Source: an uncultured bacterium
GTDB taxonomy: Bacteria; Patescibacteriota; Minisyncoccia; UBA6257; 2-01-FULL-56-20
Assembly: GCA_963705915.1 (NCBI GenBank)
Contig: OY970126.1
Location: forward strand, 232,306-296,305
DNA: 64,000 nucleotides
Reading direction: 5' to 3'
Position numbers and translations under genes: made by a program
Notes under the pieces: generated by a model
The model's input: the letters and a program-made list of their open reading frames with translations, nothing else
Databases searched by the model: none
What the model was told of the DNA's origin: nothing
Part shown: in pieces, positions 55,674 to 64,000 of the stretch
Layout: every line of letters starts with the position of its first letter
How positions within the stretch are numbered: position 1 is the first letter of the stretch

Positions 55674-56150
55674 ATGGAAGAACTTCGCTTAGAAATTGGC
55701 ATGCAGGCTCCGGATTTCACCCTTCCCGACCAGGATGGCAAGCTTCACACCCTTTCGGACTATCGGGGCAAATCGGTGTTGCTCTACTTTTATCCTAAAG
55801 ACGACACCCCGGGGTGCACCAAAGAAGCCTGTATGCTCCGTGACGCATTCCCCCATTTTGAAAAATTGAACGCTGTGGTTCTCGGCGTGAGCGTGGACTC
55901 CGTGGCAAGCCATAAAAAGTTTATTGAAAAATATAATTTGCCGTTCACGCTATTATCCGACGAACATAAAAAAGTCGTGGATCTCTACCATGTTTGGGCG
56001 AAAAAACGTCTTTACGGACGCGAATATGATGGCATCTTACGAACTTCTTTCCTCATCGATCAGGAAGGCGATATCGAAAAGATCTACCACGACGTAAAAC
56101 CTGAGAAGCACGCCGAAGAAGTTATACACGACCTGAGCGCATCAGATTAG
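55674..56150 (+). CDS. bcp: thiol peroxidase Bcp (peroxiredoxin, AhpC/TSA family)
   Basis: [14 protein letters not shown] peroxidatic/resolving Cys motif. Confidence 0.9.
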   Translation: MEELRLEIGMQAPDFTLPDQDGKLHTLSDYRGKSVLLYFYPKDDTPGCTKEACMLRDAFPHFEKLNAVVLGVSVDSVASHKKFIEKYNLPFTLLSDEHKKVVDLYHVWAKKRLYGREYDGILRTSFLIDQEGDIEKIYHDVKPEKHAEEVIHDLSASD

Positions 56151-56161
56151 TGCAGAAAAGA

Positions 56162-56191
56162 AAACGTCCCATCGGGCGAGACGGGACGTTT
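56162..56191 (-). terminator. terminator hairpin (AAACGTCCC...GGGACGTTT) between convergent bcp and 56196..56621; T-tract on minus strand
   Basis: 9-bp stem; minus-strand flank TTTTCTTTTCTG. Confidence 0.5.
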
Positions 56192-56195
56192 ACGG

Positions 56196-56621
56196 TTAGA
56201 ACCACGGCCACCCAAGAAGGCCTTTCTTTTTATTGTTTTTTGGGACGCTACACGGCTCGAGGCGGCAGAGATCGGTCATTGCCTCTTTCACTTCTGCATT
56301 CCATCGCGGACATTGTGGATCCCACGTCTTCCGGCAGCTCTGATGGATCTTTGTCACAGCATCAAACAGTTTGTCCTTGGCGGCTTTCGCAAGCTGCGCA
56401 CGGCGCAAAGCTTCTGCCTGATCGCCTTCAGTCGAAGACAATGCATCGAGCTCACTCTTGTGCGGAATCTCCTGGCAAGGAACGTGGTTGATGGATGATT
56501 GTTGCAGGCTCGGCGGCAGAGCCCCACATGGCATCTGAACTTGAGCATGCCCAGCTTGCAGGAATAGTAACCCTACTGCAACAAACAGCAAGGCGTGCAT
56601 TTTCCCTGTGTATAGGCGCAT
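56196..56621 (-). CDS. hypothetical small secreted protein with 6 Cys
   Basis: Signal peptide MHALLFVAVGLLFLQAGHAQ. Confidence 0.45.
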   Translation of the reverse strand: MRLYTGKMHALLFVAVGLLFLQAGHAQVQMPCGALPPSLQQSSINHVPCQEIPHKSELDALSSTEGDQAEALRRAQLAKAAKDKLFDAVTKIHQSCRKTWDPQCPRWNAEVKEAMTDLCRLEPCSVPKNNKKKGLLGWPWF

Positions 56622-56792
56622 CGCTATCCTCCCCCTGGTGCGACGTTCTGATTACATTCTACCAAAGCTCCGCGCAGGCATGCTATCCCCAGAGCCTTCT
56701 AACATTTCTCTAAAAAAGGAGTATAATACGGCTAGAACATTGCCATATATTTCGAGCTCCTTGATAGCCGATATCTTTTAAAGGCCGTCATA

Positions 56793-57779
56793 TTGCAGTT
56801 AAAAAACTTACCATTTATGAAAAAAATACTTTATTTCGCAGTTGGTATGCTTGCAATCGTGGGCTTCGGAATGAATATAGGTCTTGCGCACGCACAAAGT
56901 GTTCCGGGCGCAGGAACCCCTTCCACAGCAACATTGCAGCAGGAACTCCAGGTTGCAAAAGCAACACTCGTCAATCTTGAGATGCAAGCGGGCATGATCC
57001 CTGCGGGTGATAACAACGTGCCGGCAACAGGATCTGCTTCGGCTGGATTATCCGTGAGCGATCGCACAACGATTTCGAACGCCCTTGGCTCATTGGTCTC
57101 GGCGCTCTCGTCGCTTAATGCCACGCTTGCAGCGAATCCAACGGAGGCAACAACGCATCAAGCTGCCATCGCTTCCGTCTTGAGCGGTATGCAAAGCACA
57201 CTCGTCGCCATGAACAATACGCTCACGAACGGCAACCAGATTTCTGGCGGCGGGGCAGCCTCTGCTCCGATTGCCGTGAACGCACCCTCGACCGGCAACT
57301 CGGGCAGCGCCGCTGCTTCGACCGGCTCGAATTCCGGTTCGAACGCACCAGCTCCGATCGCACAAACACAGCCAAGCACTCCGGCAATGCCTTCCACCGG
57401 GTCGCTCGCTCCGACAGCCGCTCCGACGGCGGGATCGAATAACACCCCACAGACGGCGCAAGCCTCGAATGCCTGGACGTTCGTGGTTGCCCACTGGCCG
57501 ACGATCACGATTATCATTCTCGTAGCCCTCATCCTCCTCATTTTGTTCTGGCCAAGTAGTGATGAGAAGAAAAATGATCATCATGGCGCTCCAGCCTCGC
57601 GGCCTCAAACGCCAAATCGTCCGATTGTGACGACGACCGTACAGAGCTCACGCACCGAAACGCAAACCGCCACACCGGTTTCGACCGTTGTAGCGGCTCC
57701 AGCGCAAAAAGTTGAGGCGCAGCAGAGCAAAGTGACCGTAATCCGACCTCAACAAAACCCGCCGAAACAGATTGCGTAG
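56793..57779 (+). CDS. hypothetical bitopic protein: signal peptide, Ala/Ser/Thr-rich ectodomain, C-terminal TM and basic cytoplasmic tail
   Basis: Signal MKKILYFAVGMLAIVGFGMNIGLAHA; C-terminal TM WPTITIIILVALILLILFW. Confidence 0.5.
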   Translation: MQLKNLPFMKKILYFAVGMLAIVGFGMNIGLAHAQSVPGAGTPSTATLQQELQVAKATLVNLEMQAGMIPAGDNNVPATGSASAGLSVSDRTTISNALGSLVSALSSLNATLAANPTEATTHQAAIASVLSGMQSTLVAMNNTLTNGNQISGGGAASAPIAVNAPSTGNSGSAAASTGSNSGSNAPAPIAQTQPSTPAMPSTGSLAPTAAPTAGSNNTPQTAQASNAWTFVVAHWPTITIIILVALILLILFWPSSDEKKNDHHGAPASRPQTPNRPIVTTTVQSSRTETQTATPVSTVVAAPAQKVEAQQSKVTVIRPQQNPPKQIA

Positions 57780-57792
57780 CATAGATAAAAAA

Positions 57793-57818
57793 GGATCCCT
57801 TCACGGGGTTCTTTTTTA
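57793..57818. terminator. bidirectional Rho-independent terminator (GGATCCC-ttcac-GGGGTTC with G-U pairs, T-tracts on both strands)
   Basis: Located between stop of 56793..57779(+) and stop of small ORF 57821..57991(-). Confidence 0.55.
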
Positions 57819-57820
57819 TA

Positions 57821-57991
57821 TTATGGTACGTGCGAGGCGGAACAGGTCTCAATAATAATTGGGGCGTGATTGAATGTCTGGTCGGCAAGGTAACCAAGTC
57901 CGAAACTCAATGAAGCCGTAATAAAAACGATGACACCGAGCACCATCTCCCGTCCATGAGCATAAAGCCAGCCACGAATGTTCTCACGCAT
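57821..57991 (-). CDS. putative 56-aa single-TM small protein (MRENIRGWLYAHGREMVLGVIVFITASLSFGLGYLADQTF...)
   Basis: Own translation; 51 nt downstream of exonuclease gene, terminator immediately after stop; below ORF-track cutoff. Confidence 0.35.
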   Translation of the reverse strand: MRENIRGWLYAHGREMVLGVIVFITASLSFGLGYLADQTFNHAPIIIETCSASHVP

Positions 57992-58041
57992 GATATGCTC
58001 ATCATACTCACCGCAGATTAAATTTTTCTAAAATTTCCGGG

Positions 58042-58767
58042 CTAAAAATTCAAATACGAATCCCACTTTTCATAGAGCGAACGGGTCGCCCGTAAATCAC
58101 CGACATTATATCGTGCAATATCCAGAAATCGCTTCTTCTTGAATAACGGCTGAACGTCATCCCCGCTCACGCCACCGGACTTCGGACTTTCGATACCGAA
58201 CGCCCGGGACCAAAGATGAAGACTCCCCTTGCGCCGAACGGCACCATAGAAGCTCAATTGATCATAGAGATCGACGTGTACGGCACCATCGTTTCGCGCC
58301 TGCCATGGATACCGGGCCTGCATAAGATCTTTCGTCGGCCGGATGCCATGGATTGCAGAGCGAATCATGAGAAACGGCACATCGAATCCGCGACCGTTGA
58401 ACGTGACGAAGATTTGATACTTCAACGCGAGTTCCCAAAACTTTTTGAGCATGTCGGCTTCAGTCATCTGCTTCAAAACGACGCCGTCTTCTTTTTCTTC
58501 CTCATTTTTCTGTCCGGGCGCCTGATAATACACTGCGCCTTCATTCTTATGGAAATCAAGGACCCCCAGCGCAACGATCTCGCCGGTGAGCGGCGAGAAG
58601 CCGAGACCGTTTTTGAGGTCCTGGAGCGCAAGTTTATACTCCTCCTCGTTATTTGAATCTTTTTTGATCCACCGCGTGAGATTTTCCTGCGTGGCCTTGT
58701 CGAGTGCATCAAAATCCTCGCCGATGGTTTCTATATCGAAAATAAGCTTATTCGCCGGGGTTGACAT
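58042..58767 (-). CDS. DEDD-family 3'-5' exonuclease (RNase H-like, PolB-exonuclease-related)
   Basis: Exo I FDIETIGE, Exo II VTFNGRGFDVPFL, Exo III HVDLYDQ (YxxxD). Confidence 0.7.
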   Translation of the reverse strand: MSTPANKLIFDIETIGEDFDALDKATQENLTRWIKKDSNNEEEYKLALQDLKNGLGFSPLTGEIVALGVLDFHKNEGAVYYQAPGQKNEEEKEDGVVLKQMTEADMLKKFWELALKYQIFVTFNGRGFDVPFLMIRSAIHGIRPTKDLMQARYPWQARNDGAVHVDLYDQLSFYGAVRRKGSLHLWSRAFGIESPKSGGVSGDDVQPLFKKKRFLDIARYNVGDLRATRSLYEKWDSYLNF

Positions 58768-58799
58768 AGCTTATAGTGTAGCATAGAATAGTAACCACT

Positions 58800-59078
58800 A
58801 TGGCCCATACCAAAGCAATAGGCTCCACCAAACTTGGCCGAGATTCCATCGCGAAACGTCTCGGCGTTAAGCTACAAGACGGCCAAAAAGTGAACGTTGG
58901 ACAAATTATTATCCGCCAGCGCGGTACAAAATATGTTCCCGGACGCAATGTGATTCGCGCCGAGGATGACACGCTTTACGCCGGAAAGAACGGCGTTGTA
59001 AAATTCATCCGCAAAACGAAAGCCCGTTTCGACGGTTCCCGCAGAAAGGCAACGATGGTCTACGTGCAGACAGCATAA
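58800..59078 (+). CDS. rpmA: 50S ribosomal protein L27
   Basis: [16 protein letters not shown]...IIRQRGTK. Confidence 0.9.
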   Translation: MAHTKAIGSTKLGRDSIAKRLGVKLQDGQKVNVGQIIIRQRGTKYVPGRNVIRAEDDTLYAGKNGVVKFIRKTKARFDGSRRKATMVYVQTA

Positions 59079-59087
59079 AAAATAAAA

Positions 59088-59113
59088 CCGCCTTCGGGCG
59101 GATTTATTTTTTT
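59088..59113. terminator. bidirectional Rho-independent terminator (CCGCC-ttcg-GGCGG flanked by A- and T-tracts)
   Basis: Between convergent rpmA and rplI. Confidence 0.6.
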
Positions 59114-59553
59114 GCTTTAACGACAATCTTCAACGTCGCGGTGATCCCCTTTTTGAGATCCACCGGAACGGTATACTCGCCTATTTTTTTGATTGGGTGA
59201 TCGAGTACAACATCGACGCGCTCATTGCGGACAATGGCGTGTTCGCGAAGTGCTTTACCAATCGCCTCTTTATTCACCGAGCCAAAGACCGATCCGTGCT
59301 CATCGGCCTCAATTTCAAATTGCAGACCGAGTTCATTGATCTGCCCCGCGATTTCATGAAGCCGTTTGATCAATTCCTGATCTTCATGCTCCGCACTTGT
59401 TTTCATCTTGTCGAGCTTCGCAAGCGCGCCAGCCGTTGCGGGTTCGGCAAGCTTGTTTACAAAGAGAAAATTCCTGGCGTAACCGTCGCTCACGTCTTTC
59501 ACGTCATATTTTTTGCCAATATTTCGGACGTCCTGCAAAAGGATTATTTTCAT
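59104..59553 (-). CDS. rplI: 50S ribosomal protein L9; start set at MKIILLQDV
   Basis: N-domain MKIILLQDVRNIGKKYDVKDVSDGYARNFL. Confidence 0.85.
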   Translation of the reverse strand: MKIILLQDVRNIGKKYDVKDVSDGYARNFLFVNKLAEPATAGALAKLDKMKTSAEHEDQELIKRLHEIAGQINELGLQFEIEADEHGSVFGSVNKEAIGKALREHAIVRNERVDVVLDHPIKKIGEYTVPVDLKKGITATLKIVVKAKK

Positions 59554-59590
59554 GGTTGTCTCATCGTACTCGTTTTTAGACCGAATGCAA

Positions 59591-60850
59591 CTACTGCGCA
59601 GTGCTCGTCGCCGCAGCAATCTCTGCCTGCACTACTTGCAATGCCTTATCAAGCTGTGGATCCTGGCCGGCGGCTGCTTCGGCGTCGGTTGTCGAGACAT
59701 TGTATGTCGGTGCAAGACCGACGCCAAACTGCAGGATTTCACCCGAAGGCAAAACCCAGTGGGCAACGGTCAGTTTGATCGCCGACCCGTCGGCAAGCGG
59801 CTCGAGCTCCTGAACCGTCCCTTTGCCAAAGCTGTGTTGGCCGACGAGCGGAATACCGCGATCGTCATGGAGTGCGCCCGCGAGAATTTCTGCCGCCGAC
59901 GCAGAACCATTGTCGATCAAAATGGCCATTGGCATATCGGCAAGCGCACCGCTGCCATTTGCCGTGAAATCTTGCTCTGGCACTGAACGGCCTACTTCTT
60001 TTACAACGGGCGAGCCTGGCTTCAAGAAATATCCGGCGAGATCAACGGCCACCTCAAGATAGCCGCCCGGATTATCACGTAAATCGAGCACGATGCCCTG
60101 GGCGTTATTATCCACCGCCTGGATAAGGGCGTTATAAAAATCCGAATCGGCGTCTTGGGTAAACTCATTGAGGGTAATGTGCGCAATGTCACCCTTCATT
60201 TCGAAATCCACATTCGGAACCTGGATGTCGCTGCGGACAATTTTGAAATCTTTCGGAGCCGTCCAGCCTTGCCGCAAAACACTCAGGGTTACCGTTGTCC
60301 CCGGGTTCCCTCGGATCAAATTCACGGCATCATCAACCGACATGTCGGCCGTAGAGGTTCCGTTGATGCCAACGATAATGTCGTCGGGTTTCAAGCCGGC
60401 TTGGGCAGCAGGGGTTCCTTTGATCGGCGCGATGATCACGACATCGCCCTGAGCATCACTTCCCAGCTGTGCGCCGATGCCACCAAAATCACCTGTGATA
60501 TCCTGCTGAAATTCCTGATTGTCTGAGGGCGAGAAAAATTCCGTATACGGATCGCCGAGCGAATTCACAAGCCCGTTTATGGCGCCGTACACTTTTTGCT
60601 GATTTGTCGTGCTTGGGTTATTCAAGTAGTCGCTGTTGATGAGTTGCCAAGCCTGCCAGAACGTGCTGAAATCGGCTGTTGTCGAAGACGGTGTTGCGAT
60701 ATTCGAAACGCCGGTTACAACGATATTCGTTGGATACTGACGCCCTTCCGCCCATCCGAGCCAGAAACCGCTCCCTAAAACGACGACGCCGAGAACGACG
60801 GCAACGATAATTTCTAGTATCTTTTTCTTACGCAAGGACATATCGCTCAA
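59591..60850 (-). CDS. ctp: S41-family C-terminal processing peptidase with PDZ domain
   Basis: N-terminal TM, PDZ GDVVIIAPIKGTPAAQAGLKPDDIIVGINGTS, S41 catalytic region DLRDNPGGYL with Ser/Lys dyad. Confidence 0.85.
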   Translation of the reverse strand: MSDMSLRKKKILEIIVAVVLGVVVLGSGFWLGWAEGRQYPTNIVVTGVSNIATPSSTTADFSTFWQAWQLINSDYLNNPSTTNQQKVYGAINGLVNSLGDPYTEFFSPSDNQEFQQDITGDFGGIGAQLGSDAQGDVVIIAPIKGTPAAQAGLKPDDIIVGINGTSTADMSVDDAVNLIRGNPGTTVTLSVLRQGWTAPKDFKIVRSDIQVPNVDFEMKGDIAHITLNEFTQDADSDFYNALIQAVDNNAQGIVLDLRDNPGGYLEVAVDLAGYFLKPGSPVVKEVGRSVPEQDFTANGSGALADMPMAILIDNGSASAAEILAGALHDDRGIPLVGQHSFGKGTVQELEPLADGSAIKLTVAHWVLPSGEILQFGVGLAPTYNVSTTDAEAAAGQDPQLDKALQVVQAEIAAATSTAQ

Positions 60851-60904
60851 TTATATCATACGGTGAATGACAAATGCCAAAAACTCTATTAAAATCTTAG
60901 TACG

Positions 60905-61177
60905 ATGACGAGCCTCAAAGATCGCTATTCGGCGGAGCTCAAACGGAGGGCTAAAGAATCACGGATATATCGAAAATATCAGCTCACCGGTCTCACCATA
61001 GCCGGCATATTAAAAGACGAGAGACATAAGGCGCTCTATATAAAGCTCGCCAGGGATTTGAATGGCCAAAAATTACTTCGCTTAGCAAAAGATGTCGCTG
61101 AACGAGGCCAGGTTAAAAATAAGGGGGCGTATTTCATGCGGCTCGTCACCATGGAACCAGGAGCCTTCAAGAAATAA
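60905..61177 (+). CDS. hypothetical small basic protein (90 aa)
   Basis: ORF only; Lys/Arg-rich; precedes def-fmt. Confidence 0.4.
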   Translation: MTSLKDRYSAELKRRAKESRIYRKYQLTGLTIAGILKDERHKALYIKLARDLNGQKLLRLAKDVAERGQVKNKGAYFMRLVTMEPGAFKK

Positions 61178-61185
61178 GCGCATAC

Positions 61186-61698
61186 ATGACAAATACTATC
61201 CTGCTTGCCGAGCATAAGAAAGAAGAAAAGATATTGCGAAAAAAAACTTCTGCTTTTGACTTTGCGGAGCATTCTTCAAAAGAAATTCGCGAGCTCGTCG
61301 CATGTATGCGGCGGATCATGCGTGAAGCAAACGGCATCGGACTCTCGGCAAATCAAATCGGTCTCGACCTTCGGTTGTTCGTTGCAGAGATCCCAAATCA
61401 CGACGGCGGAACAAAATTTTATGCCGTATTCAATCCTGTCATTGAAAAAATCGGGACTGAAAAAAAACTTCTCGAAGAAGGGTGTCTCAGCGTTCCAGGG
61501 AAATACGGGAATGTTGAACGCGCGACCCAAATCACGGTCAACGGATTTGATAAATATGGAAAACCAGCGCGCATCAAAGCATGGGGGCTTCTCGCCCACG
61601 TGTTCCAACATGAAATCGACCATCTGAACGGCATACTTTTCATTGACAAGGCAAAGCAGCTGCACGAATCCTCGACCACTGAAAAAAGCGCCCGATGA
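61186..61698 (+). CDS. def: peptide deformylase
   Basis: GIGLSANQIG, EGCLSVPG, HEIDHLNG. Confidence 0.9.
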   Translation: MTNTILLAEHKKEEKILRKKTSAFDFAEHSSKEIRELVACMRRIMREANGIGLSANQIGLDLRLFVAEIPNHDGGTKFYAVFNPVIEKIGTEKKLLEEGCLSVPGKYGNVERATQITVNGFDKYGKPARIKAWGLLAHVFQHEIDHLNGILFIDKAKQLHESSTTEKSAR

Positions 61699-62537
61699 AT
61701 TACGTCTTCTTTGGCAGTCCCCGCTTTGCAACCATCGTCCTCATCCGCCTCATGGATGCCGGCCTTATGCCGGCCGCTCTCGTTTGTAACCCAGACCGCC
61801 CGGCGGGACGAAAACAAATCATGACTGCGCCACCGACAAAGGATCTCATGCTCGGGCGCATGCAAACGGCTCCCATCCTCCAACCTGAAAAACTGACGAG
61901 TTCTTTCGCCGCTGAGCTAAAAGTTTTGAACCCGGACTTTTTTATCGTGGCAGCGTACGGGGCCATCATCCCGGAAGCCGTGCTCGAAATTCCAAAGTTC
62001 GGAACGCTCGGGACGCATCCATCGCTCCTGCCAAAATACCGCGGCGCATCCCCTATTCAATCGGCGCTTTTAGACGGCGAGGCAACCACGGGAACGAGCA
62101 TCTACCTTATGGACGACAAAGTGGATCACGGCCCGATCCTTGCACAGGCATCACTCACTGTTTCTGCGGGTGAAAATTATGAATCGCTTGAAGCGAGACT
62201 CGGAACACTCTCCGGTGGGTTACTTGCCGATGTACTGGCGAATTTCTCGGCCGGAACCATGAAGCCAAAACCCCAGGATGAAGCTCAAGCAACCTATACA
62301 AAAAAATTTGATACGCAAGACGCTTTTATCGACAATAATGACCTTCAAAAAGCGCAGACTGGCGACGTGGCCGTAGGCACAACAATCTACCGGAAAATAA
62401 AGGCGCTCAATCCTGAGCCCGGATGCTGGACCATGCAAGGCGGCAAACGCATAAAACTTCTCGAAGCTTCCATGACGAACGGCGTGTTCAACCTTATCAC
62501 CATCCAAGAAGAAGGCGGCTTGCCGAAGAAAGTTTAA
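61695..62537 (+). CDS. fmt: methionyl-tRNA formyltransferase (short form)
   Basis: N-terminal formyltransferase fold FFGSPRFA, HPSLLPKYRG SLLP motif; ATGA overlap with def. Confidence 0.9.
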   Translation: MNYVFFGSPRFATIVLIRLMDAGLMPAALVCNPDRPAGRKQIMTAPPTKDLMLGRMQTAPILQPEKLTSSFAAELKVLNPDFFIVAAYGAIIPEAVLEIPKFGTLGTHPSLLPKYRGASPIQSALLDGEATTGTSIYLMDDKVDHGPILAQASLTVSAGENYESLEARLGTLSGGLLADVLANFSAGTMKPKPQDEAQATYTKKFDTQDAFIDNNDLQKAQTGDVAVGTTIYRKIKALNPEPGCWTMQGGKRIKLLEASMTNGVFNLITIQEEGGLPKKV

Positions 62538-62538
62538 C

Positions 62539-63933
62539 TTAAGGATTTTTATCGATATCTTCTTCGAGGTGCTGTACCTCCCCTTTGAGTCTATCGTTTC
62601 CGGTGCCAAGGTCACGCTCAATCGCATGGACATCACGATCAAGGCGATCGCGGAATTCGTGCATTTCACGCTGCATCCCTGATCGCCATCGGAAGAGCAG
62701 ATAGATGGCGATACACGCTCCAAGGGCAATTATGAAGCCGATGATGAACACGAGCCACGCCCATGCATCCAAGAATTCACTGACAGCGCAGTTGATAAAG
62801 AAGCTGGTGGTTCCGCATGAACCTTCGACTTGGAAGTTGATCGTCTCGTCGCGATAGTTGCCGGCTTCGTCAAAGGCGCGTACCGTAAGCGTTCTGCTCG
62901 CCGCAGGAAATTGCGACGGCAATGTGTATTCGGACGACGTTCCGTCTTCTATAGAAGACGCATTGAACCAATCGCCGTCGCCGATTTTCACCTCGTAATA
63001 GGCGATACCCGACGTTTTGTCCGTCGCAACCCATTGGAAAACCGGTTGGCTGTCCATCAAGTTTGTATCTTCACGAACAATGACAAACGGATCGGGCGGT
63101 GTGCGGTCGAGCCACATTGGCTTCACGGCGGGTGCAGACCATGTTCTTCCACTCTCAAAACTTACGAAGAAATACCACTGCCCGTCATCAAACGTGGTGA
63201 GGTCGTACGCGGTTTGCGATACGAGGCCCTGACTCACGTCGGGTAACTGGTAATTTGGGTTATTCGAAATGTTATAATCGACACCGTCAGCGTCCGATGG
63301 CACGCTCCAGTTGAATGTGATTGCGTTCAAATTGTACCAAGTTCCATTGACGATCGACGGGTTTGACGTGATGAGCACGGTCGACCCCGCGTTGTTATTT
63401 GACGACGATGGGCCGGGGGCCAATGGCGTGAGCGTAAAGTTCGCCCCGGACATCGTATCTAAGATCTCCGTCCCTTGGCCATCGTTCGCAAGCACTGATC
63501 CCGACGAAAACGCTATGGATGCAGCGCCCGGAGCAACCGCCTGGAACGTTACGGTGACGATATTTCCGCCAGAACCTTCGAAGCCCGGATTGATAACCAC
63601 GCCCTGGAAATTAACGCTCCCATCCTGATTTGAAAACGAGGGCTGCTCAACCCATAAATTGACGATCGAGTTTCCTGTGGAAACCGAGAGTACGTGGAGA
63701 AGGTCGCTCGGAAAAGAAAGACTTCCCTGCACGGCGTTCATGGCCTGATCGGATGAGTCGACAAGCACGTTCACGCTAAAACTTCGGCCGACAAAATATT
63801 CTCCGGACGCAGGTGACAAACTGAGCGTTGCAGCGGAAGCCGCCTTCGGTACTATAAGGGCGAAGAAAATCCCAAGAATAATTCCCGCGCCCGCTAACGC
63901 TTTCCCTTTCGTCGAACGAGCCATATAGACCAT
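62539..63933 (-). CDS. hypothetical bitopic surface protein (signal peptide, beta-rich ectodomain, C-terminal TM, coiled-coil cytoplasmic tail)
   Basis: Signal MVYMARSTKGKALAGAGIILGIFFALIVPKAASA; C-terminal TM WAWLVFIIGFIIALGACIAIYLLF; tail RDRLDRDVHAIERDLG. Confidence 0.5.
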   Translation of the reverse strand: MVYMARSTKGKALAGAGIILGIFFALIVPKAASAATLSLSPASGEYFVGRSFSVNVLVDSSDQAMNAVQGSLSFPSDLLHVLSVSTGNSIVNLWVEQPSFSNQDGSVNFQGVVINPGFEGSGGNIVTVTFQAVAPGAASIAFSSGSVLANDGQGTEILDTMSGANFTLTPLAPGPSSSNNNAGSTVLITSNPSIVNGTWYNLNAITFNWSVPSDADGVDYNISNNPNYQLPDVSQGLVSQTAYDLTTFDDGQWYFFVSFESGRTWSAPAVKPMWLDRTPPDPFVIVREDTNLMDSQPVFQWVATDKTSGIAYYEVKIGDGDWFNASSIEDGTSSEYTLPSQFPAASRTLTVRAFDEAGNYRDETINFQVEGSCGTTSFFINCAVSEFLDAWAWLVFIIGFIIALGACIAIYLLFRWRSGMQREMHEFRDRLDRDVHAIERDLGTGNDRLKGEVQHLEEDIDKNP

Positions 63934-64000
63934 CCTAACACAACAACCAACGCGCCGATGACAATATCGACCAAAAGGATATTGGGAGCAGAATGCGGAT

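Noticed and set aside
1-64000. Possibility of an alternative genetic code (UGA=Gly, code 25) as in some CPR lineages
   Set aside because: Housekeeping ORFs of 300-700 aa are uninterrupted under the standard code, and their homologous ends coincide with TAA/TAG/TGA stops. There is no sign of in-frame TGA read-through

Overview
This is a dense 64-kb chromosomal window, about 90% coding. The gene content points to a reduced-genome, Gram-positive-like organism, probably Patescibacteria/CPR (Parcubacteria-type); this placement is inference from a pilB/pilC-only type IV pilus locus with giant pilin-like proteins and miniaturised RecO, EF-Ts and DnaX. Housekeeping blocks present: glyQS-murA-mreB-holB-frr-rseP; tsf-rpsB-mraY-dacA-scpBA/dnaX; obg, typA, bcp, rpmA, rplI, ctp, def-fmt. 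Accessory content: two ABC exporters (an ABC-2 pair and a MacA/MacB/FtsX-like tripartite set), a type IV pilus locus with four pilin-like proteins next to tRNA-Gln, and many signal-peptide or membrane-anchored surface proteins of unknown function. Most notable is a 13-gene co-directional array on the minus strand. It runs REC, then a Leu/Phe-type amino-acid dehydrogenase, a PaaK-like adenylating enzyme, an E1/ThiF-like protein and a tandem nitroreductase (an uncharacterised four-enzyme module). A 7TM histidine kinase follows, then an XRE regulator, CcdA, a membrane thioredoxin, an FMN reductase, MsrA and MsrB. Other items worth a second look: an alkyltransferase-like (ATL) MGMT paralog with Trp in place of the active-site Cys; a PD-(D/E)XK/QxxxY nuclease; a DUF763 protein with a helix-hairpin-helix motif. 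tRNA-Tyr(GTA) has a 3' trailer of four hairpins bounded by a 16-nt direct repeat of the tRNA 3' end, beside a promoter- and terminator-flanked Cys/His-rich mini-ORF. Several promoters look leaderless. A ~780-bp non-coding gap lies between convergent genes at 2.1-2.9 kb. No CRISPR array, rRNA or intact mobile element was seen. Gene names rest on motif recognition by eye; no database search was possible.
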